Notes: generated by a model from the sequence alone, not told the origin. A stretch of DNA of 37,108 nucleotides from Gammaproteobacteria bacterium (GCA_024280785.1 JAJRPK010000036.1:1-37108), one strand, 5' to 3'; numbered from the stretch's first letter, positions 17,789-27,530 are shown. Program-made: numbers and translations.

Positions 17789-18855
17789 AACGAATACTGG
17801 TTACCGGTGGAGCCGGATTCATAGGGTCGGCGCTTATTCGACATTTGATTGCCGCTACTGGAGCCAATGTTTTAAATATCGATAAATTAAATTATGCCGG
17901 TAACCTAAGTTCTTTGAAGAGCGTAGAGAGTAACGATCGCTATCAATTTATGAGGGCGGATATAGGCGATGAAAAAGTAATGACGTCGGCCATTGGAGGC
18001 TTTAAGCCAGATGTTATTATGAATTTGGCGGCGGAATCGCATGTTGATCGATCGATTGATGCGCCCGCTGAATTTATCGAAACAAATATTAATGGGACGT
18101 TTACTCTGTTACAAGTGGCTCTTAAATATTGGCAGGGGTTGGCGGCCTCAGAGCAAGCTGCTTTTCGTTTTCATCATATATCGACGGATGAAGTATACGG
18201 TAGCTTGGGCGACACCGGGCTGTTTTCGGAGACGATGGCCTATGATCCACGGTCTCCCTATTCTGCGTCCAAAGCGGCAAGCGATCATCTAGTGAAAGCG
18301 TGGTTTCATACCTACGGTTTCCCCGTTATTGTTACCAACTGCTCTAATAATTACGGGCCTTACCATTTTCCCGAGAAGCTAATCCCACTGGTGATACTGA
18401 ACGCTTTAGATGAAAAACCTTTGCCTATATACGGTAAGGGCGACAATATTCGCGATTGGCTCTACGTTGATGATCATGTAGAAGCTTTGGTCTTAGCCGT
18501 CAGCCGTGGACGGTGCGGTGAGACCTATAATATTGGTGGCAACAATGAGCGAACCAATCTGCAAGTTGTTGAAGCAATCTGCGCGACTTTAGATGAAGTT
18601 CGGCCTCGAACGTCAGCAGCACCCTATTCGGACCTTATCGAGTTTGTCGAAGACCGTCTGGGTCACGATAGGCGTTACGCCATTGATGCCAGTAAGATAA
18701 AAGACCAATTGGGTTGGCAGCCAAGGGATGGTTTTGATTCGGGTATCCGTAAAACGGTGCTCTGGTATCTTGATAATGTATGGTGGTGGGAACCCATTCG
18801 TAAAGCAAAGTACTCGGGGCAGCGCTTGGGCGTTAGTGCGACCAGTAAAATCTAG
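17785..18855 (+). CDS. rfbB: dTDP-glucose 4,6-dehydratase
   Basis: 356 aa. [30 protein letters not shown] and [12 protein letters not shown] (YxxxK) are the canonical RmlB motifs. Confidence 0.95.
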   Translation: MKRILVTGGAGFIGSALIRHLIAATGANVLNIDKLNYAGNLSSLKSVESNDRYQFMRADIGDEKVMTSAIGGFKPDVIMNLAAESHVDRSIDAPAEFIETNINGTFTLLQVALKYWQGLAASEQAAFRFHHISTDEVYGSLGDTGLFSETMAYDPRSPYSASKAASDHLVKAWFHTYGFPVIVTNCSNNYGPYHFPEKLIPLVILNALDEKPLPIYGKGDNIRDWLYVDDHVEALVLAVSRGRCGETYNIGGNNERTNLQVVEAICATLDEVRPRTSAAPYSDLIEFVEDRLGHDRRYAIDASKIKDQLGWQPRDGFDSGIRKTVLWYLDNVWWWEPIRKAKYSGQRLGVSATSKI

Positions 18856-18953
18856 AACAGTAGTTGGGCTGCAGAACTTAAAATGAATACTCCTGGTTTG
18901 AAATAAATCGTTCTATAGATAAAAGACTATTCTAATTAAAATTTTGGGTAAAT

Positions 18954-19826
18954 ATGAAAGGAATAATATTAGCTGGTGGAAGCGGGACTCGCTTGTACCC
19001 ATTGACTAAAACTGTTAGTAAACAGATATTGCCAGTTTATGATAAGCCGATGATTTATTATCCCTTATCAGTACTAATGCTGGCAGGAATTAACGACATC
19101 TTGATAATTAGCACATCGCGAGATTTACCCGATTTCGAGAACCTATTAACGAATGGCTCGGATTTGGGTATAGATATTTCTTATGCTGTACAGCCCTCTC
19201 CCGACGGGTTGGCTCAGGCATTCATTATTGGTGAAGAGTTTATTGGCGAAGATTCAGTTTGTCTCGTGTTAGGCGATAATATTTTTTATGGCATGCACTT
19301 TTCAGAAATACTACGCCGTGCAGCGGAAAACGAAAGTGGTGCAACGGTCTTTGCTTACCCAGTGACAGATCCTGAACGGTATGGAGTGGTTGAGTTCGAT
19401 GATGCTGGCAATGCTCTGTCTATAGAAGAAAAACCTTCTCAGCCCCGCTCCCGTTATGCGATCCCAGGCCTTTATTTTTACGATAATCGTGTTGTAAAAA
19501 TTGCTAAGAAAGTTACGCCGTCAGCTCGCGGGGAGTTAGAAATAACGGATGTAAATCGCGCATATCTGGCATTGAACGACTTAAAAGTTGAGGTGCTTGA
19601 CAGGGGCTTCGCTTGGCTGGATACCGGCACCCATGAGTCTCTTTACGATGCGTCAGCTTTTGTTGAAACGATCCAAAAAAGAACGGGTTTAAAAATTTCT
19701 TGTATCGAAGAAATTGCCTGGCGTATGGGCTATATTGATAGTCAGCAGTTGCTACTTCTAGGCAAAGCTATGAATAAAAATGCTTATGGCCAGTATTTAA
19801 TGAACTTGGTCGACAATAAATGGTGA
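18954..19826 (+). CDS. rfbA: Glucose-1-phosphate thymidylyltransferase
   Basis: 290 aa. [29 protein letters not shown] and LGDNIFYG are the canonical RmlA motifs. Confidence 0.95.
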   Translation: MKGIILAGGSGTRLYPLTKTVSKQILPVYDKPMIYYPLSVLMLAGINDILIISTSRDLPDFENLLTNGSDLGIDISYAVQPSPDGLAQAFIIGEEFIGEDSVCLVLGDNIFYGMHFSEILRRAAENESGATVFAYPVTDPERYGVVEFDDAGNALSIEEKPSQPRSRYAIPGLYFYDNRVVKIAKKVTPSARGELEITDVNRAYLALNDLKVEVLDRGFAWLDTGTHESLYDASAFVETIQKRTGLKISCIEEIAWRMGYIDSQQLLLLGKAMNKNAYGQYLMNLVDNKW

Positions 19827-19921
19827 TGTCAAATTTTCAGTTTATATTGGCTAGCGAGCGGGGCAGTAATGGTCAGTTTAGTCGCGCGTCAGTAAACGAT
19901 AAATAGTAAACGGAGACCCGA

Positions 19922-20476
19922 GTGGAAGTTCGCAGCCTGGCAATACCCGATGTAAAGCTCATAACTCCGCAACGGTTTGGTGATGGTCGAGGATACTTTG
20001 AACAAACATATCACCGTGATGACTATGCTAGTGCCGGTATTGATGCAGAGTTTGTGCAGGACAATCACTCAAAATCGAGTTTGATGGTGTTACGTGGTTT
20101 GCACTACCAGTTGAAAAACTCGCAGGCAAAATTGGTGAATGTACTGTCGGGCAGCGTTTTCGATGTGGCTGTGGATTTGCGCCGGTCGTCGTCATTTTTT
20201 GGGCGCTGGGTGGGGGAAGAGTTATCGGCGGAAAATGGCCACCAGCTTTTTATTCCTCGTGGCTTCGCGCACGGCTTTCTCGTCTTAAGTGATGAAGTTA
20301 ATTTCTATTACAAGTGCGATAATTTCTATAGTCCGGGCGATGAGTATTGCTTGCGCTGGGATGACCCTTCAATTGCCATCGATTGGCCCATAGTCGGTAA
20401 GCCATTACTATCTACAAAAGACTTAAAGGGTGTAAATTTGGCTTCAATTCCGGTTGAACAGCTATTTATTGATTAG
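19922..20476 (+). CDS. rfbC: dTDP-4-dehydrorhamnose 3,5-epimerase
   Basis: 184 aa. F.D.RGYF.E, RGLHYQ and FIPRGFAHGF are RmlC cupin motifs. GTG start at 19922. Confidence 0.93.
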   Translation: MEVRSLAIPDVKLITPQRFGDGRGYFEQTYHRDDYASAGIDAEFVQDNHSKSSLMVLRGLHYQLKNSQAKLVNVLSGSVFDVAVDLRRSSSFFGRWVGEELSAENGHQLFIPRGFAHGFLVLSDEVNFYYKCDNFYSPGDEYCLRWDDPSIAIDWPIVGKPLLSTKDLKGVNLASIPVEQLFID

Positions 20477-20809
20477 CGCTCAATATTTGAGCAAAAACGA
20501 TCGCTGCGACAAGAATAGTACAAAAAACAACTCAAGCTTCTATCAGTAAACTGGATGACCAAGCCCTCCAATCTTAGCTTTAGTCATGCATACGTTTCCG
20601 AAAATTGACACTAAACTTTTTTTAACGTAGCTGTTACCGATTATCCGACAATATTTGATTAAAAAACAGTCACCTGCTCTAGACGTTTAGGGTGCTTTGT
20701 AAGAGAATGCGCGGTTCATTTTCATCGTCCGATTGCCGTTGTTCGTGCCCTCGCTATTTGGCTCATTTATGGTCAAGTCCGAGAGCTAGGAAGGCTTGCC
20801 GGCGCATCA

Positions 20810-22387
20810 ATGGTTGTTAAAACGTCAATGAGTCAGTTAGACAAAAAAAATTCGGGTTCAGATAGGGCAGCTCGATCTACTGAGGTCGCGAATGAAAGGC
20901 CTTCGGCAATCCTGCCCCCTTCTTCGGGGGATTTAGGCCACTATGTTAAAGCTGCTATCGATGCAAACCGTGGCCAAGATCTTAATCGCACGCAAGTTGC
21001 CGATGATAGTATCCAACTTAAGTTACAAGGTTCTTCAATCAATTTGTCGTCGGTAGAGTCGCAACAATTGGCCTCAGGGTCTTGTGCTGCCAGGCCGCTA
21101 AAAATTTGTATTACCGGATATCGTAGTGCTCCATTTGGTGGCGGGCAGGGAATTTACATAAAGTATTTGAGTAAGGCTTTAGTTGAAGCAGGTCATGACG
21201 TTGAAGTGATTTCTGGTCAGCCGTATCCCCACCTCGACCTTCGGGTAAAGCTGATTAAAATGCCGGGGCTGGACTTATTTAATAATGGCCTCGGTTCGCT
21301 ACGGTTACAGCACTTAAATTCTTTGACTAACATAATCGAATGGCTGAGTAAGTTGACCGGTGGTTTTGCCGAGCCTTATTGTTTTAGTCGACGTGTCTAC
21401 AATTATCTTTGTCAGCACGGCTCTCATTACGACATTATTCACGACAACCAGTGTTTAGGTTGGGGAATGCTCAAGTTGCAAGACAAAGGGTTTAAGCTGC
21501 TGACGACGATTCATCACCCTATTACCAGTGATTTACAAATTGCGCTCAATGCTTGCGATAAATGGTGGGAGAGGATACTCATTAGGCGCTGGCATTCGTT
21601 TTTAAAAATGCAAAAAACTGTCGCATCTAAACTCGATCACGTAGTAACAGTTTCTCAGCGGTCGCGTATTGACATTGCGAAAGCATTTGCTCTCGACGAA
21701 AAAAATATTCAGCTCGTCTACAACGGCATCGATACTGATGAATTCCGTTCGATGCCCCATGTCGCTCGCAAGCCATGGCAAATCATGGCAACAGCGTCGG
21801 CAGATCAACCATTGAAAGGGTTGAAGTATTTATTAATCGCGGTATCAAAATTAGTGGTTACTTACCCGCAACTCAGGTTGCTGTTAGTGAGCAAGCCTAA
21901 GCCGGATGGAGAAACGGAACAACTTATTAAGCGTCTTAAGTTGTCGAACTTTATTCATTTTGTTCATGGGATTAGCACTGAAGAACTCGTCAAATGTTAC
22001 GCAGAATCGAGCGTTGCGGTTGTTCCGTCAGTCTACGAAGGGTTTGGTTTGCCCGCTGGCGAAGCTATGGCCTGCGGCGTTCCCGTGGTTTCGACTAACG
22101 GCGGAGCATTGCCAGAAGTCGTGGGTGATGCCGGTATTATCGTCGGTATAAAAAACGCCGATGCGTTGGCCGGCGCGATTGAATCTTTGCTGAATGATGA
22201 GCTTGCGCGTCAACGTTATAGTGAGTTGGGCCGACAGAGAATCGAAGATAAATTTTCCTGGCGTATAGCGGCTGAGCAACTATCTCAGTTTTACTGCAAT
22301 ATTATTGATGACGAATCGACTGGGCTTGAAGATCAAAATTTTCCTGTCGAAAATTTTCAACTGGGGGTCGCAAGTGCAAACAGTTGA
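20810..22387 (+). CDS. Glycosyltransferase family 4 with an ~86-aa low-complexity N-terminal extension (start uncertain)
   Basis: The GT-B core starts at LKICITGYRSAPFGGGQGIYIKYLSKALVEAGHDV, and EGFGLPAGEAMACGVPVVSTNGGALPEVV is the E-x7-E region. ATG 20810 gives 525 aa. An in-frame TTG at 21068 would give a conventional ~439-aa GT4. Confidence 0.85.
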   Translation: MVVKTSMSQLDKKNSGSDRAARSTEVANERPSAILPPSSGDLGHYVKAAIDANRGQDLNRTQVADDSIQLKLQGSSINLSSVESQQLASGSCAARPLKICITGYRSAPFGGGQGIYIKYLSKALVEAGHDVEVISGQPYPHLDLRVKLIKMPGLDLFNNGLGSLRLQHLNSLTNIIEWLSKLTGGFAEPYCFSRRVYNYLCQHGSHYDIIHDNQCLGWGMLKLQDKGFKLLTTIHHPITSDLQIALNACDKWWERILIRRWHSFLKMQKTVASKLDHVVTVSQRSRIDIAKAFALDEKNIQLVYNGIDTDEFRSMPHVARKPWQIMATASADQPLKGLKYLLIAVSKLVVTYPQLRLLLVSKPKPDGETEQLIKRLKLSNFIHFVHGISTEELVKCYAESSVAVVPSVYEGFGLPAGEAMACGVPVVSTNGGALPEVVGDAGIIVGIKNADALAGAIESLLNDELARQRYSELGRQRIEDKFSWRIAAEQLSQFYCNIIDDESTGLEDQNFPVENFQLGVASANS

Positions 22388-23108
22388 GTTTAAACATATA
22401 GCATTGCAAGCGGGAGATAAAGTCCTTGATTTGGGCTGTGGCGAAGGTCGGCATGTTATTTCGGCATATCTAGAAGGCGATGTTCAGGCCGTAGGTGTTG
22501 ATTTAGGATTTGAAGACTTAAAAATCACCGCCGAAAAATTTGCTGATTTTTCTGAACCTGATAACGACAAAAAAAGTTTTGGTTTGTCAGTCGCTAACGC
22601 TTTGAGTTTGCCGTTTGCCGATAATACATTTGAGGTGGTGATTTGTTCAGAAGTGTTAGAGCATATCCCGGATTATAGCTCGGCGCTAATTGAAATAGAG
22701 CGCGTACTGGTTCCCGGTGGAACTTTTGTCGCCAGTGTGCCGCGTGCATGGCCCGAGAAAATTTGCTGGGCATTTAGCAGCGCTTACCATCAGGTTGAAG
22801 GTGGCCATTTGCGCATCTTTAATGCGGCACAATTGCGTGGTGAAATCGAAGCACGAGGATTTAAGCATTACCGTCGTCATTGGGCGCACGCATTGCATGC
22901 GCCATTTTGGTGGTTGAAATGCTTGTTTTGGGAAAAACAGGAACAGTCTAAATTGATTGCTTGGTACCATAAGTTATTGGTTTGGGATCTTATGGAGCAT
23001 CCTTGGATAACTCGCGGGTTAGAGAAAATATTAAATCCGGTTATGGGTAAGAGTGTTGTGATGTACTTTCAAAAGCAGCAGCCCGCTACCGAAGGCTTAG
23101 TGGAATAA
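22374..23108 (+). CDS. Class I SAM-dependent methyltransferase (Methyltransf_11 type)
   Basis: VLDLGCGEGRHV (motif I), FADNTFEVVICSEVLEHI and VLVPGGTFVASVP. I prefer GTG 22374 (GGGGG SD 8 nt upstream, 14-nt overlap with the GT4 stop) over the longer ORF-track start at 22305, which overlaps the GT4 by 83 nt. Confidence 0.85.
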   Translation: MQTVEFKHIALQAGDKVLDLGCGEGRHVISAYLEGDVQAVGVDLGFEDLKITAEKFADFSEPDNDKKSFGLSVANALSLPFADNTFEVVICSEVLEHIPDYSSALIEIERVLVPGGTFVASVPRAWPEKICWAFSSAYHQVEGGHLRIFNAAQLRGEIEARGFKHYRRHWAHALHAPFWWLKCLFWEKQEQSKLIAWYHKLLVWDLMEHPWITRGLEKILNPVMGKSVVMYFQKQQPATEGLVE

Positions 23109-23112
23109 ATTT

Positions 23113-24189
23113 ATGAGTGGTTTGTATTTATCAAAGGGATTGTTTCCAGAATCTTTTTTTGCTCCGACGGCAGAGTATATTCGTTCGGCGCAACAAGGCA
23201 GTGGAGCAATACCCTGGTTTGAAGGGGGTTATTGTGACCCTTGGGACCACGTTGAAGCAGCGATGGGGCTAAGTATTTGTGGTGACTATGGCAATGCTGA
23301 GCGCGCGTACCAGTGGTTGTCAGATCGACAGTTGGACGACGGAAGTTGGTGGGCGGCCTATAAAGACGACAAGATAGAAAACTTTGAACGACGCGAAACC
23401 AACTTTATTGCGTACATCGCAACAGGCGTATGGCATCATTATTTGATAAGTCAAAACCGGCGCTTTCTTGAGAATATGTGGCCCACGGCCGAAAAAGCGA
23501 TTAAGTTTGTCGTTGCTCAGCAGCAAGATGAGGGGGATATTAACTGGGCGGTAGATGAGCAAGGGCAGCCAAAAAATGACGCTCTAATCACAGGTTGCTG
23601 CTCCATTTATAAAAGCTTAGAGTGCGCGCATAATATTTCTATTACCTTAAATTATTTACGGCCCGAGTGGTTGATGGCGCGCGAAAAACTGGGTGTGGCT
23701 TTACGAACTAAACCCCATCGTTTCGACCGGACTTGGGAGAGTAAGTCGCGATATTCAATGGACTGGTTTTATCCTGTTTTGACTGGCGTAATACCAAAGC
23801 CGCAAGCCTCGGCTTATTTACAGTCTCGATGGAGCGAATTTGTAGAAAAAGACATGGGTTGCCGTTGTGTATCTGATGAGCCGTGGGTAACAATTGCCGA
23901 GTCCTGTGAACTGACAATGGCATTGTTGGCGGCGGGCGATCATGCGCGAGCGGTAGAAGTTTATAGTTGGTTGCATCAGTGGCAGTTAAAAGACGGATCG
24001 TATTGGACTGGTTATCAATTTGCTCAAGATTTGCTCTGGCCAGATGAAAAGCCGACTTGGACAGCAGGGGCGATCTTGTTAGCGGCAGATGCATTAACTG
24101 AGCATACAGCGGCTTCTCGATTATTTACCTGTGTTGAATTGTTAGATAGTCGAGTTGAAGAGTCGATAGAGCGAGTGTCGCCGCGTTAG
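23113..24189 (+). CDS. Alpha/alpha-toroid protein (prenyltransferase / squalene-cyclase-repeat or six-hairpin-glycosidase-like), function unknown
   Basis: 358 aa. Recurrent aromatic repeat motifs YQWLSDRQLDDGSWW and SWLHQWQLKDGSYW are typical of terpenoid-cyclase/prenyltransferase-type toroids. It is single-barrel in size (about half of a squalene-hopene cyclase), with no DxDDTA motif seen. It starts 4 nt after the methyltransferase stop. Confidence 0.7.
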   Translation: MSGLYLSKGLFPESFFAPTAEYIRSAQQGSGAIPWFEGGYCDPWDHVEAAMGLSICGDYGNAERAYQWLSDRQLDDGSWWAAYKDDKIENFERRETNFIAYIATGVWHHYLISQNRRFLENMWPTAEKAIKFVVAQQQDEGDINWAVDEQGQPKNDALITGCCSIYKSLECAHNISITLNYLRPEWLMAREKLGVALRTKPHRFDRTWESKSRYSMDWFYPVLTGVIPKPQASAYLQSRWSEFVEKDMGCRCVSDEPWVTIAESCELTMALLAAGDHARAVEVYSWLHQWQLKDGSYWTGYQFAQDLLWPDEKPTWTAGAILLAADALTEHTAASRLFTCVELLDSRVEESIERVSPR

Positions 24190-24196
24190 ATTTGCG

Positions 24197-24823
24197 TTAA
24201 ATTCTTATAAATCTGCCTAGCGTATTAACGGTAGGCAGCTCCTCAAACAAACCTGAAGATTTTGCAAGTTTCCAAATCGTATAAGGCGCTTGGCCGCCTT
24301 CATCGGGGTTAGGAAAGATGTCGTGAATGGCGAGAATGCCCCCTATGGCCACGTGTGCGGCCCAAGCGCGGTAGTCGGCCATGGCGGCCTCCATGCTGTG
24401 CCCGCCGTCAATAAAAACCAAACCTAACGGTGTAGACCAGCGTTGAGATGCCGTGGTGGAAGAAGCCACAATGGGAATGACTGTATCCTTTAGTTTGGCA
24501 CGACGCATGACTTTACGGAACTCTTTAAAAGTGTCGACCATTTCTACGTCGCTATCGTATAGGTCGCTATCGTGATATTCCTCGCCTAATTGATGCTCTT
24601 CGGAACCGCGATGATGATCAATCGCGTAGACGATATTGCCGGTTTGCTTGCAGGCGGTGCCTAAATAGACGGTGGACTTTCCGCAGTAGCTTCCTACTTC
24701 GAGGCAGGGACCTATATTGCTTGCCGACGTAGCGGCTTCAAATAAAGCGGCCCCTTCTTCGGGAGCGAGGAAACCTTTGACACTATCGATGTCGAGAGGG
24801 AGTGTGGGTAGTTTGGTGGACAT
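24197..24823 (-). CDS. Class I SAM-dependent methyltransferase, cation-dependent O-methyltransferase-like (Methyltransf_24 type)
   Basis: CLEVGSYCGKSTVYLG (SAM motif I), VFIDGGHSMEAAMADY and GGILAIHDIF. Convergent with the toroid gene (7-nt gap). The start is uncertain: ATG 24823, ATG 24841 or TTG 24856. Confidence 0.8.
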   Translation of the reverse strand: MSTKLPTLPLDIDSVKGFLAPEEGAALFEAATSASNIGPCLEVGSYCGKSTVYLGTACKQTGNIVYAIDHHRGSEEHQLGEEYHDSDLYDSDVEMVDTFKEFRKVMRRAKLKDTVIPIVASSTTASQRWSTPLGLVFIDGGHSMEAAMADYRAWAAHVAIGGILAIHDIFPNPDEGGQAPYTIWKLAKSSGLFEELPTVNTLGRFIRI

Positions 24824-24880
24824 AATAAGGTGAGCACTCATTAACAGGGGGAACAAAACAGGCGCGCACCATAGCGATAA

Positions 24881-24903
24881 TTGACAGCGAAGGCAACTGT
24901 CAA
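24881..24903. promoter_or_regulatory. Perfect inverted repeat TTGACAG-N9-CTGTCAA in a divergent promoter region (candidate operator)
   Basis: Read directly: TTGACAGCGAAGGCAACTGTCAA, lying between the minus-strand methyltransferase and the plus-strand acyl-CoA synthetase. Confidence 0.3.
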
Positions 24904-25059
24904 AGCTGTCGATAGCAGATTGTATGAGGGTGGTTTAATGCAGCAACAAGCTGTGGGGAGTATACTAAAGCGAAAGTGACGAGTTCAATCGTCGTCTCTA
25001 TAAATAATCTTTATCCAGTGCTGTGCATACCCATGTTATAAATAATCAGAGAAAAACAT

Positions 25060-26730
25060 ATGACCGCATCTAGCCCCTCCGCTCTAACAATTGCCAAACT
25101 AATTATTGCTCAAAAGGACAATGATCAGACAGCTATATTATTTGAAGATCAGCGCTGGTCCTATCGTGACTACGTTTCGGCCTGCATTAATTTTGCCAAC
25201 TTATTATTAGAGCATAAACAGCCAGGCCCGTTTCATGTCGCTGTATTGTTAGACAATGTCCCCGAATATTTAGTTGTGTTAGGCGCAGCCTCTCTCGTGG
25301 GCGCAGCTGTTGTCGGGTTAAATCCGACTCGCCGTGGTGCCGAGCTAGAGCGAGATATCCGCCATAGTGATTGTCAGTTTTTAGTGACGGAAAATAATCA
25401 TTTGCAAGATCTGGACTCGTTGGATCTTCAGATTCCTGATGCTCGTTGTTATAACATCGATACCCCGCGGTGGGGCGAGTTACTGGCATCGCAAAAATCC
25501 AAACCGATACCCGATGTTCCGATAAATGCGGCTGATGTGTATTTGCTCGTATTTACCTCGGGGACAACGGGCAATCCTAAAGCGGCAATTTGCACCCAAG
25601 CTCGCTTAGCAGGAATTGCCGAAGTGTTTCCTGCCATGAGCGGGCTTGATAAGACGTCGGTTAGCTATTTGGCGATGCCACTCTTTCACTCGAATTCCTT
25701 AATGGCCAATTGGGCGCCGATGGTGGCTGTGGGTGCAGCCGTAGCTCTGAGACGGAAATTTTCCGCTTCGGGTTTTCTGCCCGACATTCGCCGGTTCAAT
25801 TGCACTTTCATGAATTATGTGGGAAAACCGCTCACCTATATTTTGGCAACTCCAGAGCAGGATGATGATCAAGATAATTCTTTAGTCTTGGCGTTTGGCA
25901 ACGAGGCAGTGGTTCACGATATTGCACTGTTTGAAAAACGTTTTGGCTGTCATGTGAGTGATAATTATGGCTCGACCGAGGGTGGGATTAATATTGTGCG
26001 AACAGCCGATACACCAGCGGCTGCGTTGGGGATGGGGCAGCCGGGTACAGTTGTTCTTAAGCCCGAGACGGGAGAGGAATGTCCACTGGCCCAGTTTGAC
26101 AGCAGCGGAAAATTAATTAACGCTGACGAGGCCGTGGGAGAAATCGCCAACGTAGAGACGGCTTCTAGTTTCGAAGGTTATTGGAGAAACGAGGATGCAA
26201 ACACCGAACGGACTGAAGGAGACATTTTTTGGAGCGGCGACCTTGGTTATCGCGATAAAAAGGGGTTTCTATATTTTGGTGGTAGAAACTACGATTGGTT
26301 GAGAGTTGATGGAGAAAATTTTGCTGCTGCGCCGCTAGAAAATATTTTGACCCGACATAGTGAAATTGGCATTGCGGCGGTCTACGCGGTGCCAAATTCT
26401 GATGGTGGGGATGATGTGATGGCGACATTGCTTCTACATCCTGATAGCCATTTTGAGGCGTTAGAGGTGGCAGATTTTTTATCAAATCAGAGCGACATGG
26501 GCAGCAAGTGGTTACCTAAATACATTCGCGTTACTCAGAACATGCCTACCACAGCATCGAATAAAATAATTAAGCGCGAGCTTAGGGCGCAAGGTTGGGA
26601 GTGTGATGATACCGTTTGGTTGCGCCAGAGTGATGGCACTTTTAATTTAATGACATCGGCAGATTGCCAGGATATTCGTAAAAAGTTCGCGTCGAGAGAG
26701 CGAGAAGCGCTAATAGATTTTTCTGCATGA
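25060..26730 (+). CDS. Acyl-CoA synthetase / AMP-dependent ligase (FadD-like)
   Basis: 556 aa. LLVFTSGTTGNPKAA (AMP-binding motif I), DNYGSTEGG and GDLGYRDKKGFLYFGGRNYDWLRVDGENF (A8 region). Confidence 0.9.
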   Translation: MTASSPSALTIAKLIIAQKDNDQTAILFEDQRWSYRDYVSACINFANLLLEHKQPGPFHVAVLLDNVPEYLVVLGAASLVGAAVVGLNPTRRGAELERDIRHSDCQFLVTENNHLQDLDSLDLQIPDARCYNIDTPRWGELLASQKSKPIPDVPINAADVYLLVFTSGTTGNPKAAICTQARLAGIAEVFPAMSGLDKTSVSYLAMPLFHSNSLMANWAPMVAVGAAVALRRKFSASGFLPDIRRFNCTFMNYVGKPLTYILATPEQDDDQDNSLVLAFGNEAVVHDIALFEKRFGCHVSDNYGSTEGGINIVRTADTPAAALGMGQPGTVVLKPETGEECPLAQFDSSGKLINADEAVGEIANVETASSFEGYWRNEDANTERTEGDIFWSGDLGYRDKKGFLYFGGRNYDWLRVDGENFAAAPLENILTRHSEIGIAAVYAVPNSDGGDDVMATLLLHPDSHFEALEVADFLSNQSDMGSKWLPKYIRVTQNMPTTASNKIIKRELRAQGWECDDTVWLRQSDGTFNLMTSADCQDIRKKFASREREALIDFSA

Positions 26731-26738
26731 ACCGCTTA

Positions 26739-27530
26739 TTAAGCGGCAGGGCCCGAGGCCTCGCCGCTAGTTTTATCTTCTTTGTTTTCGACCAGACGAC
26801 TCATGAGCAGCCCCAATTCAAATAACAACCATGCGGGAATCGCCAGTAAGGATTGAGAAATAATATCCGGTGGTGTTAATAGCATTCCGAAAATAAAGCA
26901 AATCACTATGATATAGGGCCGTTTTTCCGCCAGCGATTGTCGAGTGGTGACGCCAGCCTTAATAAGGATTAAGGTGGCGACTGGAATTTCAAAGGTAATA
27001 CCAAAGGCGAAAAATAATTTTAAGATAAAGCTAAGGTAACTTGAAATGTCAGGGGTTATTGCAATTCCCTCGGGTGCAACGCTGGTAAAAAATCCAAAAA
27101 CTATCGGAAACACAACATAATAGGCAAAGGCAATGCCTAGATAAAAAAGTAATATACTACTAACAAATAATGGGACCGCCAATTTTTTCTCTTTTCTATA
27201 GAGCCCTGGTGCAATAAAGGACCATAACTGATACAGCACATAGGGAATGGCAATAAAAAACGATAGCACCAATGTTAGCTTAAAGGGTGCGAAAAATGGC
27301 GCCGTTACTTCGGTTGCAATCATCGTAGAGCCTTCAGGCAACAAGGCTTGAATGGGCGCCGAAAAAAACGAATAGATATCGTTAGAAAAAAAGATTAAAC
27401 ATAAAAAAACGATCAGTATTGATGTGATGCTATGCAGAAGTCGTGTTCTTAGTTCGAGTAAATGTTCAACCAGAGGCTGTTCTTTTTCATTGTTATTAGC
27501 CGGTGGCTCGGTTTGAGAGTTGTTTGGCAT
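26739..27530 (-). CDS. tatC: Twin-arginine translocase subunit TatC
   Basis: 263 aa, six predicted TM segments. PLVEHLLELRTRLL and the LTPPD(I/V)ISQ signature. Confidence 0.95.
   Translation of the reverse strand: MPNNSQTEPPANNNEKEQPLVEHLLELRTRLLHSITSILIVFLCLIFFSNDIYSFFSAPIQALLPEGSTMIATEVTAPFFAPFKLTLVLSFFIAIPYVLYQLWSFIAPGLYRKEKKLAVPLFVSSILLFYLGIAFAYYVVFPIVFGFFTSVAPEGIAITPDISSYLSFILKLFFAFGITFEIPVATLILIKAGVTTRQSLAEKRPYIIVICFIFGMLLTPPDIISQSLLAIPAWLLFELGLLMSRLVENKEDKTSGEASGPAA

Noticed and set aside
22305-22373. Longer start for the Methyltransf_11 gene, overlapping the GT4 gene by 83 nt
   Set aside because: GTG 22374 has a G-rich SD and leaves a normal methyltransferase N-terminus. The extra 23 codons are read out of the GT4 C-terminus in another frame.
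23113-24189. Calling the toroid protein a squalene-hopene cyclase or hopanoid gene
   Set aside because: It is only one barrel in length (358 aa versus about 630), I saw no DxDDTA catalytic motif, and there are no hpn or squalene synthase genes nearby.
26732-26746. Inverted repeat CCGCTTA-T-TAAGCGG between convergent acyl-CoA synthetase and tatC, as a possible bidirectional terminator
   Set aside because: The stem is short, it overlaps the tatC stop codon, and no U-tract follows on either strand. That is insufficient for an intrinsic terminator call. The same applies to the GCTCAA-TAT-TTGAGC hairpin at 20478-20492 (A-run, not a T-run, downstream).
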